Shown in pieces: positions 37,219-45,844 of a stretch of DNA of 64,000 nt. The stretch's first letter is position 1; the number at the start of each line of letters is the position of its first letter. The notes beneath the pieces are model-generated. The model ran no database searches and was not told where the DNA came from. It saw only the letters and a list, made by a program, of their open reading frames with translations. The DNA comes from an uncultured Bdellovibrionales bacterium (GTDB taxonomy: Bacteria > Bdellovibrionota > Bdellovibrionia > Bdellovibrionales > JAMPXM01), in NCBI GenBank assembly GCA_964543475.1, contig CAZIYJ010000004.1, positions 63,362-127,361 on the forward strand. The letters run 5' to 3'. Both the position numbers and the translations under genes were made by a program.

Positions 37219-38146
37219 GATGTTTTATTTCACGCTGGTAACCAAGATTTCGCAAATCTGTGTGAAGTGCTGTAGCCGCAACTGCGGCTTGACCTGCCGC
37301 TACAGCAATTTGCGAAAGGCCCTCGACACAGTCCCCAATGGCATACATACCCGGAATTTGAAGTCGCTGACCGCCTTCAACGATCAAACAGCCTTTGGCA
37401 CTGCGCTTGAGTTCTTTAATGTGTGCAAACGAGTCGTCATTGACCTTGAAGCCAAGCGATGGATAAAGAACATCCGCATCTAGCTCCTGATTATTTTTTA
37501 GTGTGATTCGAAGTGAAGTATTAGGAGTGCGTTCAATCGAAGCGATGTCTTCAGAGACCACTTTGATTCTTCGCTGCTCGATGAGTGCCAGCGTTTCGTC
37601 ACTCACTTTCACGCCTTTCGGTGCAATAATTAATAGGTCCTTGCTGTAACGCCATAGAAACAATGACGCCTTAAATCCGTGATCATCGCATGCAAGAGTG
37701 ACAATTTTTTTATTTTGAAACTCGTAAGCATCGCAGACCGGGCAATACCTAATGAGACCTCGCTCACGAAGCTCTGCCGAATTCGGAATTGATGGATGAA
37801 TATCTGAAATTCCGGTAGCAATAATCACGTTCTGCGCCCGAAGCTTTGTGTTCTTGCCAGAAATTAGAAACCCTTCTCTATCCGGAAAAACTTTTACTCT
37901 GTCATAAATCAACTCAGCACCGACATCGGTCGCGTGAGCGCGCATTTTCTCGAGTAACTTCATGCCGCTGATTCCGTTTTCGAATCCAATGAGATTGTGA
38001 GTATTAGGAATCCAACTTGCCCTTGGGTCGCCGTCTCCGAAAACGGCGACTGATCTCTTGAAGCGGCCTAAATACAGAGCGGCCGAGAGCCCGCCAGGGC
38101 CATTGCCGATGACGGCAGCTTCATAGTCGAATCGCTCGAGATTCAT
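37196..38146 (-). CDS. thioredoxin-reductase-like NAD(P)/FAD-dependent oxidoreductase
   Basis: AAVIGNGPGGLSAALY, redox CPVCD, GDC..G..Q. Confidence 0.75.
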   Translation of the reverse strand: MNLERFDYEAAVIGNGPGGLSAALYLGRFKRSVAVFGDGDPRASWIPNTHNLIGFENGISGMKLLEKMRAHATDVGAELIYDRVKVFPDREGFLISGKNTKLRAQNVIIATGISDIHPSIPNSAELRERGLIRYCPVCDAYEFQNKKIVTLACDDHGFKASLFLWRYSKDLLIIAPKGVKVSDETLALIEQRRIKVVSEDIASIERTPNTSLRITLKNNQELDADVLYPSLGFKVNDDSFAHIKELKRSAKGCLIVEGGQRLQIPGMYAIGDCVEGLSQIAVAAGQAAVAATALHTDLRNLGYQREIKHLEKTDQL

Positions 38147-38309
38147 AAGTTCATTTCTGCCATATGCTCCGGCGTTGTATCAAAACGAAACTAGACCTCA
38201 ATAGTTTATCACTCGCGACGATGGTCTCAAGCCAAACTCGCCTTTTGTCGATAGGAACAAAGTCAGGCTACTAAAGGCCAAGAAAAAGGTAAAAAAGGGA
38301 GAGAATAAA

Positions 38310-38525
38310 ATGTCGCAAAAACTTAAGCACCAAGCCCCGAGTGACAACGTTGCACAGATGCCGAGCCACTGCAAAGCAGAGGGCTGTAAAAGCGGCTCAC
38401 ACCAAATGAGCTTCTGCACTCAGCATTTCGCTTGGTTCAAGTTTGGTCTCGTGAATAAGCAAGGTCAGAAAGTTCCTGACTTCGATAAGAAGTGGGATGC
38501 TTTCCAAAAGCGAAAAGCTGCCTAA
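38310..38525 (+). CDS. 71-aa Cys/His-containing hypothetical protein
   Basis: SD AAGGGAGAG 7 nt upstream of the ATG. HCKAEGCK ... FCTQH suggests a small zinc knuckle. Confidence 0.5.
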   Translation: MSQKLKHQAPSDNVAQMPSHCKAEGCKSGSHQMSFCTQHFAWFKFGLVNKQGQKVPDFDKKWDAFQKRKAA

Positions 38526-38532
38526 GCTTAGA

Positions 38533-39135
38533 TTAACGAATCTTCCAAGGGCGAGATTCATCAGGAGCGGTTGGCCGAGAGGCTGAACCGCTCTTTTGTT
38601 TTTCGGAGCCGACGCCAAAATATAAATTGTTGCCGCTCACAGAGTACATATCTCGAATTGTTCGAGGAGTTTGATCCCAACAATTTGTTCCCGATTGGTG
38701 AGTCACATCTCGCATCTGACTGACCTGCCAAGTGTTCGCTCCACAATACGAAACCGTGTTGAGAGCTAAGATTCCGCTTTCACTCGTCGGTGTAATTTCA
38801 ATGCGCTGGTAATTTAGATCGATTGCGCCTGAAGCAGAACCGTCAGCTGCCGGAACTCGAACGAGACTTCCTTCTTCAACTGTCTCGACAGATAAATCGC
38901 TGCAAGAGCCATCGCTATGGTAGCGATTCACTCTAGTGAACGCGTCTGAGTCGATTTCAAAGCGCGACTCCATCGTTAAGCCAAACCGATCTGAATCTAA
39001 ACAGCTCGACTCCCAAATGGCTTGAGAAGAAAATGCGCCCTCTACACCACCCGGATTTTCAGTTTTATCTGAACTGCACGCCGCAAATAAAAACAGCGTG
39101 CCGGCCAGCTGCAAGATCGTCGTTCTTAATTTCAT
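38533..39135 (-). CDS. hypothetical lipoprotein
   Basis: Lipobox LFAAC. Several Cys. No family recognised. Confidence 0.6.
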   Translation of the reverse strand: MKLRTTILQLAGTLFLFAACSSDKTENPGGVEGAFSSQAIWESSCLDSDRFGLTMESRFEIDSDAFTRVNRYHSDGSCSDLSVETVEEGSLVRVPAADGSASGAIDLNYQRIEITPTSESGILALNTVSYCGANTWQVSQMRDVTHQSGTNCWDQTPRTIRDMYSVSGNNLYFGVGSEKQKSGSASRPTAPDESRPWKIR

Positions 39136-39146
39136 TTTGAATTGAT

Positions 39147-39461
39147 CTAAACAGCAGTGAGCGTGTCATTGAGAACGCGCTTTTCTTTCCAGCCTGTGAG
39201 TTGCTCACACATCTTCTCATGCAACTTCTGCATCGCACGAACTGGGTCCGCTTCTACAACGTGAGCTAAGAACGTACCTGCTAGAGATGTCACTTTGAAC
39301 AACCCTTCAAAACCACGTTGAGTTTTTGTAAGTCGCGCAACTGAGTTCGCGTCGCTTGGCGAATCACTCACTACATGTCCGAGAATAACTTTCGCCTCAC
39401 TACGCATTTCATTGCTAGGTTCAAAACCAAAGAATTCGAATCGACCAAATAAGTTTTCCAT
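39147..39461 (-). CDS. 104-aa hypothetical protein, possibly HPF/RaiA-fold
   Basis: ATG 39461 follows GGAGGA with a 6-nt gap (internal to the listed 127-aa ORF). The beta-alpha-beta-beta-beta-alpha-like pattern and the ...QLTGWKEKR end resemble ribosome-associated HPF/RaiA. Weak call. Confidence 0.35.
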   Translation of the reverse strand: MENLFGRFEFFGFEPSNEMRSEAKVILGHVVSDSPSDANSVARLTKTQRGFEGLFKVTSLAGTFLAHVVEADPVRAMQKLHEKMCEQLTGWKEKRVLNDTLTAV

Positions 39462-39700
39462 GTAGTTCCTCCGTGTGCTTCCGAGGCCAGAGTCTCTACC
39501 TATCAAAGCCACGTCAATGAGGCGGGACATTTTTGAACGAACAAAAACCTTTGTGGTCGAATTTTCACAACTTCTACAGGCTTATGTGAAGAACCTTCAC
39601 GAAACTTAGGTCTCCATAGACATCTGAGGAGAAAATTCTCTTCATTGGCAAAACGATTGCATTCTTAAGGTTGAGAATGGCTGCCAGTCATGGAGGATTT

Positions 39701-39919
39701 ATGGAAGCAACAAAATCAGATCTTAACCTTGAGTCAGTTCCCGCTTATCTAAAGCCGGACCAATTGAAGTATGTATTCGAACAGAATCACTGCGCTATCT
39801 GCGAAGCTCTCCTCGAGCTTGGGCATGAAGTGAATGTCGAGCAAGAATTGGTTAAAGAACAGGCACACTGCCCTGCATGTAAGATCAAAGTGCGAAGTTC
39901 TCACTTCCGTTTACAGTAA
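39701..39919 (+). CDS. 72-aa zinc-ribbon-like hypothetical protein
   Basis: ATG 39701 follows GGAGGA. CAIC ... CPAC pairs are 24 residues apart. Confidence 0.45.
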   Translation: MEATKSDLNLESVPAYLKPDQLKYVFEQNHCAICEALLELGHEVNVEQELVKEQAHCPACKIKVRSSHFRLQ

Positions 39920-40071
39920 AATATCCCGACTTACTTCCAGTTATCGTTTTGACGGTGTCATGCGACCTACGATCGCTCCGTCAGAACTCTGACGCCGCCC
40001 CCTCAAATCTCGTACTGGGGCTTGCTGCTTCTCAAAGCCATGCGCTACATTGTTGTCCTAAAGGAGATACC

Positions 40072-40704
40072 TTGAATAAACTACTCAGAAATCTGAGCAC
40101 TGCCCGCGGTTATTTTGTTATCGCTTCAGCAATGATCGGACTCACAGTTTCTACGAACGCATTTGCAAAAAAAGACGAGAAGAAGGAAAAGTCGAAGATG
40201 GAATCGAACCCAGTTGTAGTTATGACCACTAATCACGGAACAGTTGAAATCGAACTATTTGAAAAGCAAGCCCCAGTCTCGGTAAAGAACTTCCTTCGCT
40301 ATACTGATGAAGGCTTTTACAACGGCACAATTTTCCACCGCGTGATTTCTGATTTCATGATCCAAGGCGGCGGTTTCACAGAGGCGATGGACCAGAAGAA
40401 AGTTCATGAGCCAATTAAAAACGAAGCTTCTGCTGAACTTGGTAATACTCGCGGCACGCTGGCGATGGCGAGAACACAAATCGTTGATAGCGCCACAGCT
40501 CAATTCTTTATTAACGTAAAAGACAATTCGTTCTTAAATCACCGTGACAAATCAATGGCTGGCTACGGCTACGCTGTGTTTGGAAAAGTGACGTCGGGAA
40601 TGGACGTGGTTGATAAAATCAAAGGTGTTCCGACTGCTACAAAATCTGGTCATGGTGACGTTCCGGTGAAACCAGTCATTATCGAATCAATTAAGAGAAA
40701 ATAA
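40072..40704 (+). CDS. ppiA: periplasmic cyclophilin-type peptidyl-prolyl isomerase
   Basis: TTG 40072 lies 6 nt after AAGGAG. Signal peptide (...STNAFA). Motifs [34 protein letters not shown]. The listed ORF's upstream 41 codons are probably untranslated. Confidence 0.85.
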   Translation: MNKLLRNLSTARGYFVIASAMIGLTVSTNAFAKKDEKKEKSKMESNPVVVMTTNHGTVEIELFEKQAPVSVKNFLRYTDEGFYNGTIFHRVISDFMIQGGGFTEAMDQKKVHEPIKNEASAELGNTRGTLAMARTQIVDSATAQFFINVKDNSFLNHRDKSMAGYGYAVFGKVTSGMDVVDKIKGVPTATKSGHGDVPVKPVIIESIKRK

Positions 40705-40713
40705 AAGAAATCG

Positions 40714-41379
40714 ATGGAAGAGTTTGTTCGCGAGTTCTTTTCAGCATACGTGTATTACCCGTATTCAATTTACGGTGGCATCTTGCTGTTTATGCTCGCG
40801 AGCGGCTTTGGACTTCCTATCCCAGAAGAAGTCGTTTTAGTCAGTGCAGGTATTATTGGATATCTCTCTCTTAATCCATCAGATGCACTCCCGCCTCCCT
40901 ACCCGGGCGCACCTACTGTCGATGTTTATGTTTTAGCTGCCGTTGCTTTATTCTCAGTGCTGTTCGCAGATTTTTTAATTTACACACTTGGGAAACGATT
41001 CGGCCCAAGGTTTTTTAGGACGAAATTTTTCTCGCGCTTAATGACTCCTGAACGCATGAGCCGAGCCCAGTCGTGGGTGAAGAAGTACGGATACTTCACA
41101 GTATTTATCTTTCGTTTTACACCGGGTGTTCGATTTCCTGGGCACTTAATGTGCGGAGCAATGGGCCTATCACCCTACAAGTTTGTTGCGGTAGATAGCT
41201 TTGCCGCTTTGATTTCGGTGCCAACTCAAGTGTTACTCGTTTCATTTTATGGCGAAGCGATTCTTCACTACATGAAAGAGTTTAAGATCATTCTCTTTAG
41301 CCTTTTCGCAATTGCGGGCCTGTTCTTTCTGCTTCGCCACTTTGCGCGCAAGTATCTTAATCGCAATAAAGCCGCTTGA
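40714..41379 (+). CDS. DedA-family (SNARE-associated) membrane protein
   Basis: PIPEEVVLVSAG, LGKRFG, FRFTPGVRFP. Confidence 0.8.
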   Translation: MEEFVREFFSAYVYYPYSIYGGILLFMLASGFGLPIPEEVVLVSAGIIGYLSLNPSDALPPPYPGAPTVDVYVLAAVALFSVLFADFLIYTLGKRFGPRFFRTKFFSRLMTPERMSRAQSWVKKYGYFTVFIFRFTPGVRFPGHLMCGAMGLSPYKFVAVDSFAALISVPTQVLLVSFYGEAILHYMKEFKIILFSLFAIAGLFFLLRHFARKYLNRNKAA

Positions 41380-41396
41380 GTCTACTTAAGGTAAGT

Positions 41397-42566
41397 TTAC
41401 TCTTCTGACCGTTTGAAGGTCACAAGTACGACTGAAAATCCGCCGTTGCTAAACGAATCAGTTCTTAATAACTCCCACTTTGGCGGGAGCTTGAGTCTCT
41501 CGAGATTCACTTTTTGCGGAAGAATGATCGATACAATTTGCGGAGCAAAGAGCTCTTCGAAGCGATTGAGAAGCTTCGGATAATATACTGAAAAGGGCTC
41601 TTCAATTTTAAGTCGTTTTCCATACGGCGGATTGCAAACTAAAATTTTATGATCTACTGCTTTCACTTCTTCAAGCTTTGACTTCAAATTTGCAGGCGAA
41701 CTGAAGACATCAGCTTGCTCAATTGCGAACTGACTTTGCTTGTCGCCAAAATTTGTAAACGCTTTTTTTGCAGCGAGAATCGCTTTAGAGTCAGACTCAA
41801 TACCAAAAACTCCAGAAACCCATGAGCTTTTTTCTCGCGAATTCTTTTCTGAACTTCCGAGCTTTTCATTGTTCACAAATTTTTCAAATGCATATCCGCG
41901 TTGGTTTTTTCGATACAAATTTAACGCCTCGATAAGAAACGTTCCCGACCCTGCCATCGGGTCAATAATCACAGGCTGTGATTTTCCCTCGTAAGTCGCT
42001 TCAAATGATTCTTTAGCGGTGAGAAGAATCGCAGCAGCAAGATTTTCTCTTAGTGGAGCGTCGGGAGTATACTCGCGGTATCCGCGCTTATGAAGAATTT
42101 CGCCTGAGGTATCAAGACTCATGTAACAGACGTCTTCGATGATTCGAATGTAGACGCTGACAGCATCTTCATCCTTTGATGGCTTGAAGCCATTTTTAGC
42201 AAGCGCATCGAGAACAGTACTTTCAATTCGACTCTTAATCTTCAATCGCGATTGGTGTGTACTTGCTTCAACTTGAACTTTTGAATTTTTTGGTAACCAC
42301 TCTGACCATGGGAAACTTTTAGTTTTCTTAAAGAGTTTAGGAAAATCGCTGCAGCCAAAATCAGCTAGCCTAATAAGAATTCGGGCTGGAACTTTTAGGA
42401 CACGATTGAGGTGGTAACCTGCTTGAAGGTCTGACTTAAATCCGATACCGCCGCGACTTTGCTCGCTTATTTCGGCTTCGGGGAGCCAATAGCGAAGCTC
42501 CTGAGCAGCTACTTGCTCAAATCCCGGAGGCACAATTAGGAAAAAGTCTTTGTAATTTTCAGCCAT
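41397..42566 (-). CDS. THUMP-domain class I SAM-dependent RNA methyltransferase (RlmL/RlmK N-half-like)
   Basis: THUMP-like N domain. DPMAGSGTFLIEA and CNPPYGKRL motifs. Confidence 0.75.
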   Translation of the reverse strand: MAENYKDFFLIVPPGFEQVAAQELRYWLPEAEISEQSRGGIGFKSDLQAGYHLNRVLKVPARILIRLADFGCSDFPKLFKKTKSFPWSEWLPKNSKVQVEASTHQSRLKIKSRIESTVLDALAKNGFKPSKDEDAVSVYIRIIEDVCYMSLDTSGEILHKRGYREYTPDAPLRENLAAAILLTAKESFEATYEGKSQPVIIDPMAGSGTFLIEALNLYRKNQRGYAFEKFVNNEKLGSSEKNSREKSSWVSGVFGIESDSKAILAAKKAFTNFGDKQSQFAIEQADVFSSPANLKSKLEEVKAVDHKILVCNPPYGKRLKIEEPFSVYYPKLLNRFEELFAPQIVSIILPQKVNLERLKLPPKWELLRTDSFSNGGFSVVLVTFKRSEE

Positions 42567-42695
42567 GAAGGCGCCGAAGTTAACGCGAAGTTACACAAGA
42601 GGCAAGGAACTGAAGTTTTTGAAGGGTTGCCATTGGGCTAAAGGCTTTGCTAAGACCCGATTACAAATTTAGGCAACCCCAATTTAGGAGGATAC

Positions 42696-43133
42696 ATGCT
42701 TCGCATTTTCGCAGCCCTTGCAGCTTCTTTAACAATGAGCTTAGCGTTCGGCTCACCCAACGTTGAAAACAAAATTTCAGACGAACAAGTCGCTTTGTCT
42801 CGCAATCTTCCGGCAACAGTCGTTGTCCGTGTTGCTGCTGTAGGCGAAGAGACTAGCATCCTTCAGTCAAAAGAAGCTCTTCCTTCTGGAGTCTCTGTTG
42901 AAGCAGCACTTTCACAATTAAAAGGTGAATTCGTTCCTGTCATGGCAGATACGAAGATTCCAATGAACGAGCTCGATCGCGACAGCTCGAACAGCAGCTG
43001 GTACCTCTACTTTTACAACCGCACCAACTGGTATCCTTGTTTCTACTACAACAACTACAACTACTACTATTCTCCTTACTGGTCTTATTACAACAGAGGC
43101 TACTGGTACCACTACTACAGCTGGGCTTGGTAA
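42696..43133 (+). CDS. secreted protein with extreme Tyr/Trp/Asn-rich C-terminal tail
   Basis: AGGAGG just upstream of the ATG. Signal peptide (..SLAFG/S). Residues 102-145 are WYLYFYNRTNWYPCFYYNNYNYYYSPYWSYYNRGYWYHYYSWAW. Confidence 0.6.
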   Translation: MLRIFAALAASLTMSLAFGSPNVENKISDEQVALSRNLPATVVVRVAAVGEETSILQSKEALPSGVSVEAALSQLKGEFVPVMADTKIPMNELDRDSSNSSWYLYFYNRTNWYPCFYYNNYNYYYSPYWSYYNRGYWYHYYSWAW

Positions 43134-43216
43134 CTCTGTAACGACTCAATTCATTGTCGGTGTTAACGGCCTCTCTTGAGGTCGTTTTAGTTTCTAATGA
43201 TTTCGAAAGGCATTTT

Positions 43217-44872
43217 GTGAAACGATTTCTATTCGCATTCATAGTTTTCATACTCGCGACTTCTGCGTTAGCGCTTGAGTCTCCATTTGCAAATCTCGAA
43301 CGCGCCGTTAGATATCTTCGCATTTCAGAAGTGTTTCAATCTTCGCAAAATCGCAAACCAGTTAAGATAGCAATCTTAGACAACGGTTTTAAGAATTTCG
43401 AATTAGAAATTGGCAAAACACTTCCGCGAAACACAGTGTTTCATGCGGGCCCAGTAGCGGTTCCCGAAACTCAACTAGAGCCTCACGGAACCGTGATGGC
43501 GCAAATCGTTGCCGGACTTTTAGATCAAGTCTCTGGTGGTACGTTCGAATATGAACTGCACCTTTACTCGGCCTTCGGTTACAGTAACTTTAACGCCGCA
43601 GTTCAGGATCTTGTCGCTCGCAAAATCGATGTTGTGCTGTATTCACAAGTTTGGGAATACGGCGGATTCGGCAATGGTCGCGGATTTATCAATGAAGTTG
43701 TTAACAAAGCAACTTCATCAGGAATCCTTTGGATCAACGCCACAGGAAATTTCGCAAAAGGCACTTATCAATCGAGAATTGCTCCATTAGCTGATGGCCA
43801 ACTTGATCTTCCGGGCGAAAACGAAAGCGTTCGTGTTCGTTGCGATAACAGCAAAGCAGGAAAATGTCAGATTCGAGCGGTCTTGAGCTGGAATGACTTT
43901 AGCGATGACGTAAATGTAGGAACTGATAAGGATCTAGATTTTGAGTTAACAGATCAGAGTTTAAATCTTGTTCGCTCATCTGCACTGATTCAGAAAAAAG
44001 ACTTCCCTGAAGGCCAGCAAGGCGTAAGCAAATATCCTCGAGAAATCATCAGCGCAGAAGTTGCACCCGGAACTTATTTACTACGAGTAAAACGAAGCTC
44101 AGACAACTTTGGTCGAAACGATCAATTGCGTATTACGATCAGCGGAAACTCTGTCGTATTACTCGACCAGACTGCCGAATCAGACCCATTAAACCCAGCC
44201 GATAATCGTAGCGTGATCACAGTTGGAGCTACTGATTCTGATCTTAGCTCAAGCTCTGCATCAGGCTTAAAGCCGGAGGTTCAATTAGCTTCTATGCTCG
44301 AGCTAGCAAATGGCGACGCGTACAAAGGCAGTTCAAACTCGGCAGCGATGTTTGCAGCAGTTGCGGCGATTCACAGTTCGATTGTTCCAGGATTAACAAA
44401 GAGTGCCCTACTCAAGCGTTGGAACAATCCAGAAGCTAGCCCAGAACCTAGCACCGAGAATCAGCCAACAACGCCAAATCTTCCGCCTGTTCCACCAAAG
44501 CCAGCACCGCAAGCTCAACCTGGCTCAGGACTTCCGTTAAATCTTTTGAAATTTGCAGCAACCGGCCCTGGCTGTTTTTTGCAGACTCAAATTAATGATG
44601 CACCCGTTTCTCTTCAGCCTTTACTTCGCGACGGAGCCATCGCCGTGAAGACAACATCTGGGACAAAAGTTTTTGTAACCGTTGATCCTTTGACTATAAT
44701 CGTTGGAATCCAGCGTAGACAAACAAACGACATGGTCGTTGCCACGCACACGGGCTACTACATTTACCCTCGCGAAGAAGAAAACGAATTGCCTCGAGAA
44801 TTTGTCGAAGTTCTTCAAGTCCCTGCCGGCGAATTCATCTGCACCCGCGACGGCCGCCACCCCCGCCAATAA
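43217..44872 (+). CDS. subtilisin-family (S8) serine peptidase with Pro-rich linker and C-terminal domain
   Basis: GTG 43217 gives the signal peptide VKRFLFAFIVFILATSALA. Triad context: AILDNGF (D), HGTVMAQIV (H), ATGNF (N), GSSNSAAMFAAVAA (S). Confidence 0.75.
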   Translation: MKRFLFAFIVFILATSALALESPFANLERAVRYLRISEVFQSSQNRKPVKIAILDNGFKNFELEIGKTLPRNTVFHAGPVAVPETQLEPHGTVMAQIVAGLLDQVSGGTFEYELHLYSAFGYSNFNAAVQDLVARKIDVVLYSQVWEYGGFGNGRGFINEVVNKATSSGILWINATGNFAKGTYQSRIAPLADGQLDLPGENESVRVRCDNSKAGKCQIRAVLSWNDFSDDVNVGTDKDLDFELTDQSLNLVRSSALIQKKDFPEGQQGVSKYPREIISAEVAPGTYLLRVKRSSDNFGRNDQLRITISGNSVVLLDQTAESDPLNPADNRSVITVGATDSDLSSSSASGLKPEVQLASMLELANGDAYKGSSNSAAMFAAVAAIHSSIVPGLTKSALLKRWNNPEASPEPSTENQPTTPNLPPVPPKPAPQAQPGSGLPLNLLKFAATGPGCFLQTQINDAPVSLQPLLRDGAIAVKTTSGTKVFVTVDPLTIIVGIQRRQTNDMVVATHTGYYIYPREEENELPREFVEVLQVPAGEFICTRDGRHPRQ

Positions 44873-44878
44873 TCACGC

Positions 44879-44899
44879 ACGCAGGCCCAGCGCCTGCGT
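44879..44899 (+). terminator. GC-rich hairpin after the subtilase stop (possible terminator; no U-tract)
   Basis: ACGCAGGC-CCAGC-GCCTGCGT: 8-bp stem, 5-nt loop, 7 nt after stop 44872. Confidence 0.35.
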
Positions 44900-45025
44900 T
44901 CACACCGTTCGCTGATCTTCTGCCCTGAATAGACGGAACGAATATTTGCTCGCGTTCTTGATTCCAATTTATTGATTCTTCTCGACTCAAATTCAACTCA
45001 ACTCAATTGGCTTCACCTCCATAGG

Positions 45026-45051
45026 CCTGAACAGCCCGGATGCTGTTCAGG
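45026..45051. repeat. perfect 10-bp-stem hairpin upstream of the HUH transposase-like gene
   Basis: CCTGAACAGC-CCGGAT-GCTGTTCAGG. Subterminal-hairpin/REP-like. Confidence 0.6.
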
Positions 45052-45226
45052 AGGGCTCTCTCAAGGATGGAAGTTCGCCTCACAGCATGAGATCTGCTGC
45101 CGCAACATCTCCTCTTCTCGCTAAATTCTAGAATTCTCTTTTTCACGTCACGAAATATTCAATAATATTCTGGTGCGGAGCATTTGTAATTGCATGAAAT
45201 CTTTCAATTAATTATATTGCCCGCTT

Positions 45227-45805
45227 ATGAGAGCGATTCAGCCAGATCTTTTTAATCAACTCACTTCAAAGTCTGAAAAACGCGAGCACAAGCGGCGAAT
45301 GAGCCATGGTGGTGCGAAATCAAAGGGTAAGCGCAAGCTTCGTAGGCCACTTTCAACGAAGAAGTGGATGCACCTCATTTTAAAATCAGACAAGGCCGCT
45401 GGCAGGTATTCGATGTTGGCTGAACGAAATGCAAAATGGATAGATCAATTGATAAGGGCGAAGGCAAAGAAGTTTGGTGTAGAAGTAAAAGACTTCGTGA
45501 ATATGGGGAATCACATTCATTTTCAAATCAGAATCATTTCACGAGAGAGTTTTCAAAACTTTCTGCGCTCAATTACTAACCTCATCGCTCGTCACGTAAC
45601 CGGCGCACGTAAGGGAAAAAGATTCGGAAAGTTTTGGCAAGGCCTCGCCTTCACCCGCGTAATTTCAAGTTTCCTTGAGCTGTCTGGGCTCGAAGGATAT
45701 CTCACTGGGAATCGTGTGCAATTGCGCAGAGGTTACGGTGCGCGAGATCGTTACCTAGCGAGTCTTAATCGGTGGATTAGTAGCTTGCGCGAATCTAGCG
45801 GATAG
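45227..45805 (+). CDS. IS200-like Y1 (HUH) transposase / REP-associated tyrosine transposase-like protein
   Basis: Basic N terminus (KGKRKLRRPLSTKKWMHLILKS). HUH motif GNHIHFQI. Candidate catalytic Tyr in EGYLTGN. No clear SD. Confidence 0.55.
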   Translation: MRAIQPDLFNQLTSKSEKREHKRRMSHGGAKSKGKRKLRRPLSTKKWMHLILKSDKAAGRYSMLAERNAKWIDQLIRAKAKKFGVEVKDFVNMGNHIHFQIRIISRESFQNFLRSITNLIARHVTGARKGKRFGKFWQGLAFTRVISSFLELSGLEGYLTGNRVQLRRGYGARDRYLASLNRWISSLRESSG

Positions 45806-45840
45806 CGCAAGCGAGCCCGCATAAGTGCGGTCAATGCGCT
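45804..45840. repeat. nested hairpin between convergent genes
   Basis: Outer arms AGCGCA/TGCGCT; inner CCGCA-TAAG-TGCGG (45817-45830). Either the right-end structure of the element or a bidirectional terminator. Confidence 0.4.
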
Positions 45841-45844
45841 GATT

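Larger units (their letters stand above)
45026..45840 (+). mobile_element. possible IS200/IS605-like or RAYT unit (boundaries not defined)
   Basis: A Y1 HUH gene bracketed by the hairpin at 45026-45051 and a nested hairpin at 45804-45840. No direct repeats or second copy seen in the window. Confidence 0.3.

Noticed and set aside
39949-40071. N-terminal 41-codon extension of the cyclophilin ORF
   Set aside because: It has no SD and is not cyclophilin-like. TTG 40072, 6 nt after AAGGAG, yields a normal signal peptide.
42918-43323. Minus-strand ORFs (Val-rich 64 aa; Ser/Cys/Arg-rich 127 aa) opposite the Tyr-rich tail
   Set aside because: They are the complement of TAC/AAC/TGG codon repeats (GTA/GTT), so the open frames are an artefact of low complexity. 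The plus-strand ORF has the SD and the signal peptide.
44900-45226. Possible tRNA/SRP/other structured RNA in the 354-bp spacer
   Set aside because: I could recognise no T-loop or anticodon-arm pattern and no SRP domain IV-like motif. The hairpin is better explained as an IS200/REP-type structure.
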